Below are positions 26,089 to 39,457 of a stretch of 64,000 bases of DNA, piece by piece. A program made the translations under genes and the position numbers. Where the stretch lies: assembly GCA_951406725.2 (NCBI GenBank), contig OX597814.1, positions 177,134,001 through 177,198,000 on the forward strand, in the 5' to 3' direction. This stretch comes from Octopus vulgaris (lineage: Eukaryota). The notes under the pieces were generated by a model. The model saw nothing but the letters and a program-made list of their open reading frames with translations. It did no database searches and was not told the origin of the DNA. Every line of letters starts with the position of its first letter. Position 1 is the stretch's first letter.

Positions 26089-26676
26089 TCCTATTTCTTT
26101 ACTATCCACAAGGGGCTAAACACAGAGAGGACAAACAAGGACAGACAAACGGATTAAGTCGATTATATCGACCCCAGTACGTAACTAGTACTTATTTAAT
26201 CGACCCTGAAAGGATGAAAGGCAAAGTCGACCTCGGCGGGATTTGAACTCAGAACGTAACGGCAGACAAAATACCTATTTCTTTACTACCCACAAGGAGC
26301 TAAGCATAGAGAGGACAAACAAGGACAGACAAACGGATTAAGTCGATTATATCGACCCCAATGTGTAACTGGTACTTAATTTATCGACCCCGAAAGGATG
26401 AAAGGCAAAGTCGACCTCGGCGGGATTTGAACTCAGAACGTAACGGCAGACGAAATACCTATTTCTTTATTACCCACAAGGGCTAAACACAGAGGGGACA
26501 AACAAGGACAGACATAGGTATTAAGTCGATTACATCGACCCCAGTGCGTAACTGGTACTTCCCCGAAAGAATGAAAGGCAAAGTCGACCTCGGCGGAATT
26601 TGAAATCACAACGTAACGCAGACGAAATACCGCTAAGCATTTCACCCGGCGTACTAACGTTTCTGTTAGTCCGTCG
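26089..26676 (-). mobile_element. SINE family B trimer
   Basis: One head (about 26630-26676) plus three body+tail units joined at (G/A)AAATACCTATTTC (about 26268-26281 and 26452-26465). Confidence 0.92.
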
Positions 26677-27104
26677 GAGGAATGTTAATATGTAGTATCT
26701 TACAATGGCACCAGTGCTGACTTCCTCAGGATCTGATTTCTTGCTCTGTTGCATTAGACGAATACATTTATATACAACCACAGAGAAAAAAAATCTGGAG
26801 AGCAAAAATATATAAATAAATAAATAAATGTAATGTGGATTGTAAATTGATATATTTTAAGTCAAAAATATTTCTAACTTTTCTGCAAATTAATTGGCAA
26901 GTTTTAATTACTGAAACATTTTAAAAACTCTGTCTGATTATCTTCAGGCAAAAAACAAACAACCAAACATACGAAAGAATAAACTTAAGGTAAAAAGTTA
27001 ATAGTATAATTTATCACCTTTACTAAAAATATATATTTATGATGAAAGAAAAACTATTTCGAAATCTGTGATACTCCAAAATATATTCTACAATGATGCC
27101 TAGA

Positions 27105-27272
27105 AGTATTTCGCCTGCCTTTACGTTCTGAGTTCAAATTCCGCTGAGGTCGACTTTGCCTTTCATCTTTTCGGGGTCGATTAAATAAGTACCAGTTACG
27201 CACTGGGGTCGATATAATCGACTTAATCTTGTTTGTCCCCTCTATGTTTAGCCCTCTGTGGGCAATAAACAA
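27105..27272 (+). mobile_element. Headless SINE family B unit
   Basis: Begins GTATTTCGCCTGCC, the same position as the multimer junction, and ends GTGGGCAATAAA. Confidence 0.85.
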
Positions 27273-27394
27273 AAAAATTGATGGTGTACTATAACTAAGT
27301 TTCTATCAGAATCATTGTTTAATGTATTTAAGGCGATTGTATGATGGATATGGTATCATGCTGGGCTACATGTAAAAATAGTTCGTTCTATTAC

Positions 27395-27822
27395 AGGTAC
27401 TTGGCCTGAAAGTTTTGGTGGGACACAGCTAGTCAATTACATTGATCTCAGTCCTTTACTGGTACTTTATCGATCCAGAGAGAATGAAAGGTAAAGTCGA
27501 TCTCGGCGGAATTTGAACTCAGAACGTAAAGAGGACTAAATGCTACTAAACATTCTTTCCAGTGTGCAAACGACTCTGCCTTCTCACCTATTTCTTTACA
27601 ACCCACAAGGGGCTAGACACAGAGAGGACAAACAAGTACAGACAAACGGATTAAGTCGATTATATCGACCTCAGTGCGTAACTGGTAATTATTTAATCGA
27701 CCCCGAAAGGATGAAAAGCAAAGTTGACTTCGGCGGAATTTGAACTCAGAACGTAGCGACAGACGAAATACTGCTACGCATTTCGACCGGCGTGCTAACG
27801 TTTCTGCCAGCTCGCCGTCTTA
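27395..27822 (-). mobile_element. Younger SINE B monomer (27587-27822) adjacent to an older tail-2 SINE B (27395-27585)
   Basis: Two body motifs, at about 27480-27530 and 27700-27760, with different tails. Confidence 0.85.
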
Positions 27823-28566
27823 ATAAATATATTTGATAATGTAAACCAAAACAACTTTGATTTACGTTCTGAGTTTAAACCGTATCAGGGTTGTTTTTCT
27901 GATTTTTCATTCAAAATCGATAAACACTGTTAGAAATGAAATTGGTAATTGGGACAATTTAACCTACGGCACTCCTATAATAGTGGCTTTGTATATATGT
28001 AAGAACATTAGAAATTTATATTTTGTACTTAAGCTTCGTGAAAGAAAGGATGGCTACCAGCAAGATTATATAATATCGATATAGTATCGATATAATATCG
28101 CTGTGCATAACCAAACAAAACATCATTCTGTTGACGGTACTGGTTCTCTACTGGCCAGGCCAAGCCAGAGTACAAAACAACTTTGATTTATTTTGGATTG
28201 GAAAATATTTCATATGATTTCTATTAATGCCAAAGGAACCGACTGCAAGTCATTTATTTTATCATCTTACCTGAACTTCTCAGATTTTATGACTATGATA
28301 GGAAAAACACTTCGAATAACGCAATATTCTAGAAGTAAATCGTTTCTCCTACCATTATCATTTCACCGAGTGGAGCAATTTTAATTTACCCCTTTATATA
28401 TTATATTATATATATACATAACTATACACACACACACACTCACACACATACATCTACGTGCGTACGTGTATATTTTTACATATAGAATATAAAGTTATAT
28501 CTTGAGTGACAACAACACTCAAGATATACAACGGACTGGAAATAGAAGTGCCCCAATGAGCTGTAT

Positions 28567-28897
28567 ATACTTTTTTATCCAAGGGGAGGCAATAGGAGCA
28601 ACAAACAGGAACACCACAAAATTCAAAGATAGGCCAAACACATGCAAATCCTGTATACTAGTTTATATCTATACAGTCCGAGATATTAGAAATTTAAAAA
28701 TTCAGTAATATAAAAGTATCATATACAAATAAAGATATAAATACAAATATAAATATAAAAATAAATATAAATATAAATTTTGCATATAACACGCTTAAAA
28801 CTGTTAGAATAAGAGGAATAAATATAGTGATAATATAAAAATATAGCATATATGCCTGGTTGTTGCTCCTATTGCCTCCCCTTGGATAAAAAAGTAT
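28567..28897. mobile_element. MITE-like element with 43-bp inverted repeats
   Basis: ATACTTTTTTATCCAAGGGGAGGCAATAGGAGCAACAAACAGG (28567-28609) is the reverse complement of 28855-28897 with one mismatch; AT-rich interior. Confidence 0.75.
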
Positions 28898-29434
28898 TTT
28901 TACATATATACATTATATGCATAACTTCATGTACTTTACTGTTATCTACATTACCCTATACTATACATTATAAACATTTTAATCTCTAATCTTTTCCCTC
29001 TTGTACACATTTATATAAAATCATTAATGACTATACTTACTAACAAACTTAGCATTTACCCAGGACGCCTCCATGAAGATAAAGTCTTCAACTGGGTAAA
29101 TACCATCCACATCATTTGAAGCGCACCCGTATCCATATTCATGTATACTAAAGCCTTATTTGAAGAATACCACGGCTTTTTCTGAAAGTAGAAATCAAAT
29201 TAGTAACATTGATCTAATTTGCTTAGTGAATACTTAATACTGACTTCTGAGAGACTATTTCAATATTAATTTATGCTTTATAATATTTTTCACGTTGGAA
29301 GTCTCTAAGTGCTGGTTCGAATTACTAGAAACAGCATCCTTTAAATCAAACTGTACAGACTTGAAAAATGACACATTGAGTAGCTTATATCATCCTAGGT
29401 GCATAGTATTATTTGAAAAAAGAAAAAAAATTAA

Positions 29435-31000
29435 TAAAGTGCTTCAATTACTACCGGAATAATTATTGTCTTGGTCTTCCACAGTCTCCTCAGCTCTCTG
29501 GTTAGATCTTGAAATTTCTCAATTTTTTCGATTTCTTTGGTAACAATTCAGCTGTCAGGGAATTGCAAAATCTATGCTTTTACACTGTATATTTTCTCCT
29601 TTATGATCTCATTTGCTCTTCTTGCTATAATAGTATGACCAGTCTTTATGGAGAAATCCCACAAAATCTTGCATTTCTCATTTTCTGTCGCGGTCGCTGG
29701 TTCGTGTTCATACCACTTTTCCGTTGTTTTGAAGCCACACATTGGGCTAACATCCAAATGCACTCTTTTGTCTACACAGACATGTCTGCGCTTATACTCC
29801 TTTTGTGACAGTATACTGCATTCACTCATTTCTTTCCATTTGTTTGATCTGATCCGTCGTTCTTCCTTCTCTTTCTGTTCGTCAACCAGAGTCAACGATC
29901 TTTACTTCCAACTTTCACAGTTTGTTGCACGAATTGGCCATGAAGTTTCATTTCTTTCCATTTGTTTGATCTGATCTGTTGTTCTTCCTTCTCTCTTTGA
30001 ATTCTCATATTGTTTAGGTCACCTTTTGGGTATCGCTGGCTGCCGATAGTATTCTTTATTTACTCTGCTTAATATAATTTTTCAGATCAAGTTTCGCAGT
30101 ATTAACATTGTCTTTTGCGTTTAGTAATCCTCTTCAACAAGTCCTCTCTTGTCAGGTAGAGTCGTCGGTATAGCTTTTAAGATGGAGAGCGTTATGTATT
30201 GTTAGCAGCTTTCTTGTTCTTCTCTTCAAGTTCTGCAGCTCGACATTTGTCCCATATCGCAGTATGGGCATAAACCCATGTATTTATGGCTTTAATGGTG
30301 TTCCCGCCATTTAATTTTATTTCGAGCAACCTTTCTAATTCTCTTCTTGTATTCTATAGTGACTTTCTCTCTAATTTATCCTTCCATTACCCTACCGTCT
30401 TGTGAAGGCGCATGGCTCAGTGGTTAGAGCGTCGAGTTTACGATCGTGAGGTTGTGAGCTCGAATCCCGGACCGGGCTGCGTATTGTGTTCTTGAGCAAG
30501 ACACTTTATTTCACGTTGCTCCAGTTCACTCAGCTGTAGAAATGAGTTGCGACGTCACAGGTGCCAAGCTGTATCAGCCTTTGCCTTTCACTTGGATAAT
30601 ACTGGTGGCGTGTAGAGGGGAGGTCAGTATGCATGGGCGAATACTGGTCTTTCATAAACAACCTTGTCCAGACTTGTGCCTGGGAGGGTAACTTTCTAGG
30701 TGCAAGCCCATGGTCAGTGTCATGACCGAAGGGGGTCACACACACACCCTACCGTCTTGCAGCAGTCCTAGATATTTGTACCTCTCATTATTCCAGAGTG
30801 ACCTAATGATGTTGCCTTGTAGTGATCTTATTCCCACAGAGTTTACCTTCCGGCCTCTCTTCATAATTAGTATCGCGCATTTATTTACACTCAACTGCAT
30901 TCCAGTATACTGAATATACTGCTCGGTTGAAAGTGTCTCGGTCTGTCTCATTTTTGTATACAACTGAGGTCATCCATATAAAGTAGATGATTTATCATTT
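29435..31000 (-). mobile_element. R4/Dong-type (RLE) LINE relic, 5'-truncated, interrupted by a SINE
   Basis: Minus strand reads MINHLLYMDDL, NKCAILIMKRGR..RYKYLGLL, KWYEHEP..ENEKCKILWDFSIKT..IIARR and KEIEKIEKFQDL.RELRRLW..IIPVVI (RT plus RLE nuclease). Confidence 0.88.
30403..30745 (+). mobile_element. tRNA-derived SINE family C with TSD
   Basis: Head GGCGCATGGCTCAGTGGTTAGAGCG..GAGCTCGAATCCC; core TGTGTTCTTGAGCAAGACACTT..CACTCAGCTG; TSD ACCCTACCGTCTTG at 30389-30402 and 30746-30759. Confidence 0.92.
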
Positions 31001-31784
31001 TGAACTTTGTAAACTGTTATATCGTACGTTCCGATGACCTCTACTCAACTCAACTCCCGACGTCTAGACTTCTCCCTTTATATCTACGTATTGGGCTAGC
31101 CTACTTCATCGTCTGGTGGCGTCCACTCAACATAAACTCATAGGAAAGCCTCGATTTTCTAAGTATAATCGTCAGGGGTATTAGAGGAATGACGAAGTGC
31201 AACGGAGAGAGCGAATCTCCTAGGAATATGTTCCTGCATATTTTCATATTACCTAGCGATCCATTTGCACATTTCAGTTCTTTCTTTTTCTTCCTATCAT
31301 CTAATTACATTTTACTTTCTGCATTAAACTTATCATCCATGCCCCTCTCTCACTTTTCCATACATATTTACCATGTTCCTGAAATAAGTATTCAATCACT
31401 GCATTAAGTTACAACCGAGTTTTATTTGCAGCATATTTCAGTTTTCTTCCGACAGTACAAATCGCCTTTATAGCTTTGATCTATAATTGCATTGGTCTCT
31501 GAAATTTTAATGTCTGGTTCGAAGACACCGTTCTATTGGTCATTATAGACATCTTAAGCGAAAGCGTATAGAACTTCTTGAAATTTCTCAGTCGAAGCTT
31601 TTATGGAAATAAATTGCCCCTATATTTGAATCTCTGTGATTTTCTTTCTGCTGCATAAATATCCACAAATAGATTGGTATATATGTGAAGTTGTCGGCAA
31701 GAGTAATCTTTGCTATGTACCTACGTATATTTCGCCCAAGGCTTGCCGCAAACGTTTCTGCACCTTTGGGCAATTGCAACCCGC

Positions 31785-32053
<269 letters not shown>

Positions 32054-33206
32054 ATTCTTATCTAACGAAATTGTTTCGTTTTCCTAATCACCATGGTTGT
32101 TATCTGGTCGTCTTTGTCAGATCACATTCAGCGTGTTAGTCACAAATTGACCACCTTCACATGCATTTATTTGCTTATCTATTTATTTATGATTTTGGTT
32201 CGAAGAAATGTAATCTTTATGACATGATCCCATAGGATCAGCGTACCTGGTTTCTTCCTTCATTCATGGCTCTACATTAAACGGAAATCATATGGCATTA
32301 TATAATCTTTATTGGTTCAATTATAGATTCAATGGTATGCGAGTAAATTCAAACGATTAGAACATTTACAGATGAGACAAATATCTGACAAAATTTACTG
32401 AAGGTTATTGTGTTGGAGATTATAATTTCTTCTCAATACCAACAGAAAATATATATTGCTATTGTAATATGTGTAAAAGTTGCATGGATAATGTATTGCC
32501 TACCAGATCAGGAACTGTGAGTTCAATTTCACCACAAGTATTTCATTGTTATTGTTTTTATTTAACTCCAGTCTTAACCCTACCCAGACGTTTCTGTGTT
32601 TATAAACGCATCTGAAACTACTTTATGTATCATTCCCTTTATAAACCAGCAGTATGTGTGTGCTTTGAGGGATTTACCTGCTATTTCTAGTACGCCAGGT
32701 GATCCCGTACGGACTTCCTTACCAGCACCTTCTATCGGTGGCATTTCATTGTGTTTCTGTGTAAAACTTTTCATTCTACTTACGTCAGTTTTCCCGGAAT
32801 AAGCAACATATTATTTAAAGAGGTATTTGCAGCTTCTCCATAAATTTCACCTATAAAATAATATTAAGGTTAGTGAGAGAATGAATTTTAACCAACCGGT
32901 AAACAGACCAATAAAACAGATGATGAACTGGATCAAGTACATAGTTGACTGTATTCGAGATAATTATGATCATAATCCGTTCCCAGCTAGAACAATAATT
33001 TCTTACTCAGTAACAAGTTCAACTATTGAAGAAGAGGAGCGTAATGTTTATCACAGTTTCTGTCTTCTTATCGACTTCGATAGGCTAACAAATAGAAGAC
33101 TGACTCTCCATGAAACCCCGGAACACCTAAGGGTTATTTATAATCAAACAGAAAACCTGTTTTAGTTGGCAGGGAAAATGAAATAAATGTATGAAAACTT
33201 TATTTA

Positions 33207-33630
33207 GGCGCAGGAGTTGCTGTGTGGTTAGTAGATTGCTTACAAACCACATGGTTCCGGGTTCAGTCTCACTGCGTGACACCTTGAGCAAGTGTCTTCT
33301 ACTATAGCCTCGGACCAACCAAAACCTTGTGAGTGGATTTGGTAGACAGAAACTGAAAGAAGCCCGTCGTATATATGTATATATATATATATTTGTTTGT
33401 TTGTGTGTCTACGTTTGTGCGTCTGTGTTTGCCCCTCCCCCACCAACATGGCTTGACAACCGATGCTGGTGTGTTTACGTCCCCGTAACTTAACGGTTCG
33501 GCAAGAGAGACCGATAGAATAAGTACTAGCCTTACAAAGAATAAGTCCTGGGGTCGATTTGCTCGACTAAAGGCGGTGCTCCAGCATGGCCACAGTCAAA
33601 TGACTGAAACAAGTAAAAGAGTAAAGAGTA
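33207..33630 (+). mobile_element. SINE family A, full length
   Basis: Colinear with the other family A copies. Confidence 0.92.
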
Positions 33631-34449
33631 TGTTTAAGAGTCAAACCTTTTGAGCAGAAGGCCGGGCATTAACTTGCGACACAATAGCATAAAAATACTT
33701 CACATTGGGTAACGGTCTCAATTTAACTAAGTAGAACTTTGTCAGTGTAAAAAAGAAATAATGGATTTCTTAGATAACTAGACTTACACATACACATATA
33801 ATAGCAATTCAAGCTGGAAATTTTCCTCACCTTTATTCCGAATTTTATGTTACCGCCTTTCGATCAGCTGGAATATTTATTTAATCTGAAATAGAAGCTT
33901 GCAAATATTGAACCTCTAAAATTTATAGTGAAATATTAGCAACGCAGTGTAAACAAACAAAAAGAAAACAAGATGGACAGAGAAAGAGACAGAAAAGAAG
34001 ATGAAGAGAAAGGAATGGATGAAGAGTATTGAGAGATGATTGGGGAAAACAAGGAAGTGGATCTAACGTTGTATAACATTGGATATATAAAAGATTTACG
34101 GAAAAAGGTAGCGTTTATAAGAAGGGAATGCGAAAAACAAAAAGAGTAAGGCTCACTGTATGTAGGTTGAAAGTAGCAGGGAATAACGGGGAGTGTATGA
34201 ATTTGGTTTTATATCGAGCGGGATAGCAGCAAAGAGTGTTAAAAACCTGTTAAGCGCTAGAATGAAGGGATATATTAATGGAAACGAGTATAAAGTGAAA
34301 TAAAAAAAACGATGGTAAATAATAGAGTTTATCATAAAGTAACTGAGTGCATCGAGGGAGGAAAGATAAAGGAAGATTAGTTCTTGAATACTGAAGGAAT
34401 GAAAAGAAAAGAAGTTAGATAGGCAAGTAAGTAGGTAGATAGGTAGAAG

Positions 34450-34681
34450 GGCGGCGAGCTGGCAGAATCGTTAGCACGCCGGGCGAAATGCGTAGCTGTA
34501 TTTCGTTTGCCGTTACATTCTGAGTTCAAATTCCGCCGAGGTTGACTTTGCCTTTCATCCTTTCGGGGTCGATAAATTAAGTACCAGTTACGCACTGGGG
34601 GTCGATGTAATCGACTTAATCCGTTTGTCTGTCCTTGTTTGTCCCCTCTATGTTTAGCCCCTTGTGGGTAGTAAAGAAATA
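34450..34681 (+). mobile_element. SINE family B monomer with TSD
   Basis: Flanked by the direct repeat AGGTAGATAGGTAGAAGG (about 34433-34450 and 34682-34699). Confidence 0.93.
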
Positions 34682-35895
34682 AGGTAGATAGGTAGAAGGA
34701 GTGAGAGAGGGAGAGTAGTTATTTATTTAAGTGCAAGGTCTAACGCGTAGGAAGGAGAGAGGAACATATATGAACTCCAGTAGTTGACTGATACTTTATT
34801 CTATCGACCACGCAAGGAAGAAAAGTAAAGTTGACCCCAGCTGGAAATGAAATCAATATCGTTAATAAATACAAGGAATTTTGCTCGATGATTCGCCGAT
34901 TCACCAAATGACCATCCGGTGAAGCGATATCGATTGAAAAACACACACAAAAAAATTACTCGATGCTAAAATTAAAGAAAAAAGCTAGAATACATATTAA
35001 AAAGAAAATACAATATATAATTACAAAACAAATAAGGTTAAAACGTATATAAGGTTCAAGAGACAATCTTAGATATATTTTCCAGTCACGAGGCAAGTGG
35101 AAGTAATTTTTTGATCATTCTTGTTAATTTGCGTGATACATTTAACCAAGAATTTGCTTCTGGTAAAGACGAAGCAAAAAGAAAGGGGTGCGAAACGTAG
35201 AAATAGGAAGAAAGTGATAAAATAAAAAGGGGAAAATAAAAGAAAAGAATAATGAAAAGGAAACTGCTGGTCAATGTTTAAATGAATTAATAAAATGTAA
35301 GGAAGTGAAATACGACAGAAATATGCCCAAGAATAATTTTCCTCATTCGAGTTCTTTTACCAATATCAAGAAAAAGATAAGCAATATACAAAGAAAATTT
35401 ACTAATAATTTCCACTCTTCTGCAAAATACCTTTAAACGATACTTAGCTACTTCAGAGCCTCTCTGACACAAATTGCAGGTTACGGAGGAAAACTATAAG
35501 ATACTCAGAAAATTTGGGGCACTTATAAAAGATCAAAGAATACAAGGAAATCTCAAGAATTACAACTACAAAATTGCAGTTGAATTAGGCTGCAGAAAGG
35601 ATAAGGTTGCTGATGTAATCACTTGCTCCGGTGATAGCATTTTATGGACAGTTGTTTGAAATTATCTCTTTCCCTGAATCTAATCGACTGAGGAGGTTAT
35701 TAATAAGATCAATGTTTTATTGGTGCATAAACATCGGAAACAAGATCTTGAATATTGTTTGGTAAACACGCAAATTATACAAAACAGATACTATGTATTA
35801 AAATTTGTAGTAACGTCATCTTTTACTACGCGCCATATCTTATATATATACATGGCAAATGAAAGACGGAGGATGCAATATAAGATAATTTATTA

Positions 35896-36001
35896 ATCAC
35901 GACAATTGTTTCGATACATCTAGCATCGATTCCTCACGGGTGGGACACTAAAAAACTGGTTCAGGAGCATCCAGTGGCGCAGATGTATTTCATCGGGTGA
36001 T
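35896..36001 (-). ncRNA. Type-I hammerhead ribozyme with large stem-II insert
   Basis: Minus strand ATCAC CCGATGA a ATACATCT-[about 59 nt]-AGATGTAT c GAAAC AATT GTC GTGAT: perfect 5-bp stem I, 8-bp stem II, palindromic tetraloop, GUC site, U4C core variant. Confidence 0.78.
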
Positions 36002-36103
36002 AAATAGACACAACTCGTTAAAATAAAAGTTCTTCAATGTAACTTCTCGGTTTGTAGAAAGAAAAGCAGAGAGACAGAGGAAATATCTTCATTTATATAG
36101 AAG

Positions 36104-36486
36104 AGGAGTGGCTGTGTAGTAAGCAGCTTGCCTACCAACCACACGGTTCCGGGTTCAGTCCCACTGTGTGGAACCTTGGGCAAGTGTCTCCTACTATAGA
36201 CTCGGGCCGACCAAAGCCTTGTGAGTGGATTTAGTAGACTGAAACTGAAAAAAACTTGTCGTACATATGTATATGTATGTATATATATGTGTGTGTGTTT
36301 GTGTGTGTTTGTCCCCCCAACATCGCTTGACAACCGATGCTGGTGTGTTTATGTCCCCGTAACTTTGCGGTTCGGCAAAAGTGACCGATAGAATAAGTAC
36401 TAGGCTTACAAAGAATAAGTCCTGGGGTCGATTTGCTCGCCTAAAGGCGGTATTCCAGCATGGCCGCAGTCAAATGACTGAAACAA

Positions 36487-36495
<9 letters not shown>
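36104..36495 (+). mobile_element. SINE family A, full length, followed by (GA)n
   Basis: Colinear with the other family A copies. Confidence 0.9.
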
Positions 36496-36536
<41 letters not shown>

Positions 36537-36804
36537 GATAGAGTGAGAGAGAGTAAGAGTAATAAAATAAATCACAGATAGGAAAAAAAGAAACGAACAC
36601 ACAATACAGCGAGAAAAAATGTTAAACCTAGCAGTAATACCCATCATTGATCGAGTATTTACTTTTACTCTTTCTTAGGCCCTACATTCAAAGTGTTATT
36701 ATATATATAGATTTACTCCGCCTATATGTGTGTATTTTATAAGAAAGAACATGTAATAATCGAAGTGTTATTCTATATATCAATACAATAATAACAATTA
36801 TATA

Positions 36805-36930
36805 ATACACAAAGCTTTGGTTGGCACGGAGCTGTAATGAAAGAGAATTGCCTAACGTGCCACACAGTGAGACTGAACCCAAGGCGACATGGTTGGAAAG
36901 CAAGCTTCTCAACCACACTGCTATGCCTGT
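36805..36930 (-). mobile_element. Diverged partial SINE family A head
   Basis: Minus strand CAGGCATAGCAGTGTGGTTGAGAAGCTTGC..GGGTTCAGTCTCACTGTGTGGCAC. Confidence 0.75.
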
Positions 36931-37065
36931 AAAGGGGAGACACATTTTAGATAATATACTCCTTGATACAATATGCTTAACAAAAAGATGGGATGTTTGC
37001 GGCGAGAAGACCTTTGATCTTAATATTTACTCGAGCAACGCAACAACTAACAACGCTACACCATA

Positions 37066-37545
37066 CAGGGTGTGACAGAATTAATTATATGTTTCAATGA
37101 AATTGAGCAAATAAAAAAAAAAAATGACAGAATTTTATGTATATTACCAAAACAAATAGATTTTAAAATTTTACGTCAAACTTTTATTGAAAATTTTCGA
37201 CATGTCTGTATCCCTGCATACTTCAACTTTCTCCTTAGCTTGTGAAACACATGTTGACGCTTTCAGGAGTTAGCTTCTATACTGCTAACTGAATGTGTTC
37301 TTTAAGCTCAGTTAAACGATTGTTCCGTCTTGGGGCTGGAGGTAAAGAAAATGATTGCTAGCAAATTGAAACAAAAGCTGTCATGCACAAATAAGGGTCC
37401 AACAGGAGTGAAAATAAAATTATAAACAAAATTCAAAATTTATACACTTTTGACATATATTAAATACTATAAACATAAATAAAAGAGAGTTTTTAAAAAA
37501 TGCACCCGATTTCACTCAAATCATCATTAATTCAGGGACACTCTG
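37066..37545. mobile_element. Tc1/mariner-type non-autonomous element (about 480 bp)
   Basis: TA-CAGGGTGTGACAGAATTAAT ... ATTAATTCAGGGACACTCTG-TA: imperfect TIRs with TA TSD. Confidence 0.75.
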
Positions 37546-37549
37546 TATT

Positions 37550-38395
37550 TACTCGTCCGACTAAACGGGGCAGGGAACACGGTGGGGTGGGAACTAAATG
37601 CTGGTGGCGAGCGTAGCTTTCGGAAGAGGTCACGCGGTCAAACTCAAATGGTTGTGAGTCACAACAGCAGTCTGATTTTTTAATGAACATTTTGCATTAT
37701 ATAGTTCAAACATGGATGACATTGAAAGCAGACATGCTACCGGACCATGCTGCGTTGCGCAGGATTGGAAACGTGAAATATTAACAGGACACTTCTGGAG
37801 AATGGATGAATGAGTTTGTTGTGTCTTTATCCAGCCTTACACGCACGCACATGGCCCGATGGTGCCTGGGATGGTAACAAGAAGTATCAACAGGGCGCCG
37901 ACAAAAGTTTTAATGTTTTTCTCATTTCCTCTGCTAAACTGGACAAAAAGATTTTCATGAAATATTATACGTTACTTATAATACATAAGTAGTGACAATA
38001 TTCTAGCGTCGGAAAATGGCCTAAAACAAAGATAAAACCCAGTGCAGTATACTCAAATCTGATTAATCTGCACTTTTGGGTGGTTGGGGAGGGGCCCATA
38101 GTCGGTGTCGGAAAAGTTTTCTAGTCAACAGCAATTCGAGGGGCCGGATTAATGTTTGTTGCAAATTTGGCGGAAAGCGACTGGATACTCAAGTCACGGG
38201 CCTTAACGCTGCGAAAATGCTTTAAAAATGCTGTTTATCTGCCCATTTTGAAAGAAGGTGAAAATATATTTTGGCCCATGACACTCCAAGAAATGCATAC
38301 GTAAAACTTCATTAAAATCTGTTGGGTGGATCTTGGGTTTTAATGACATGACAAACGCACAGAAAGACACATCCTGTGTTATATATATATATAGG
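37550..38395 (-). mobile_element. Possible non-autonomous Helitron-like element
   Basis: Minus-strand start CTATATATATATATAACACAGGATGTGTCTTTCTGTGCGTTTGTC resembles the Helitron 5' ends at 42625 and 54352; the 3' end was not identified. Confidence 0.4.
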
Positions 38396-38589
38396 TGACG
38401 TTTCACTCATTCACATTAATTGCTAGGTAGTTCTTCAACAACAGCCTATCTAGATGTTGAGATTTATAACACATGTAATACATACATACATACATGCATG
38501 CATCCAAGCATACATACATACATACATACATATATATACATACATACATACATACATACATACATACATACATACATACATACATACAT

Positions 38590-38760
38590 AGGGGGAGAAT
38601 TCACAAAAGAAAACAAAAGACGAAGACAGGTGGTGTAGACAACAAACAGATGTATTAGTATAACGCTCGGAAAATGAAAAAGTCTTTAACGTTTCGAGCC
38701 AACGCTCTTCCACAGAAAGAAACAAGGTGAGAAAATAAAGAATGTGTAGTGTCTAGCGAT
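38590..38760 (-). mobile_element. Repeat family E copy after (TACA)n
   Basis: Matches 22588-22770. Confidence 0.7.
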
Positions 38761-39003
38761 GTATATTTTAAGGTATGTTGTATAAAGCCGAAACAATAGT
38801 TGGATAAACACATGTGAGCAACAAACTTTTTCCAAGAATGTCCTGAAAAAGAGGTCTTCACTCCGAAATATAGAAACACAAGGTAACTGCAACTTTGTTC
38901 TGTTTTCTTTTCATTTTGTTGTTTATTTTGTACCTTTTCGCATTGTTCCGGTTTTACACAACATTCTTTAAAGTTATACCTCACAATGCTTCGCAAAAAC
39001 TAC

Positions 39004-39065
<62 letters not shown>

Positions 39066-39405
39066 TACACATATAAATATACATATATATATATATAAAT
39101 ATACATATGTATAAATTCTCTACTTGGAATGATCAAGTTTAAAAACTGCTGGATCTCACTCATAAGGCATTGGAATCGTACATTGTGTATAAACTCTATA
39201 TTTGGAAGGACTCACTTTAAACTCTGTTGGACTTTTGGACTTTACTCATAAGGAATTGGAATCTTACATATATACCATTCTGCCTAAAAAATGGATCTAC
39301 AACTTCAATATCCCAACATATCTTGCATCTATTTTCTTTCTTCCACCTCACTCTCTATTTTGTATCATACCTAAACAAACTATGACTTAACCATCCTCTC
39401 ACACC

Positions 39406-39457
39406 GTGTCCGATGAAGGGATATAATTAATAAATATCCTGGAAACAGCTGTAAGAC
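39406..39457 (+). ncRNA. Minimal type-I hammerhead ribozyme (slightly degenerate)
   Basis: gtgt CCGATGA a GGGATAT-aattaataa-ATATCCT g GAAAC AGCT GTA agac: 7-bp stem II, palindromic AGCT tetraloop, GUA site; stem I has one mismatch. Confidence 0.68.

Noticed and set aside
29826-29995. 46-bp internal duplication (also 27 bp at 18208-18262)
   Set aside because: Ordinary post-insertion duplications within dead LINEs; no sign of function.
30405-30478. tRNA genes (also at 49595, 55417 and the family A/B heads)
   Set aside because: A/B boxes are present, but they continue into SINE bodies, several with TSDs, and lack a full acceptor stem and terminator.
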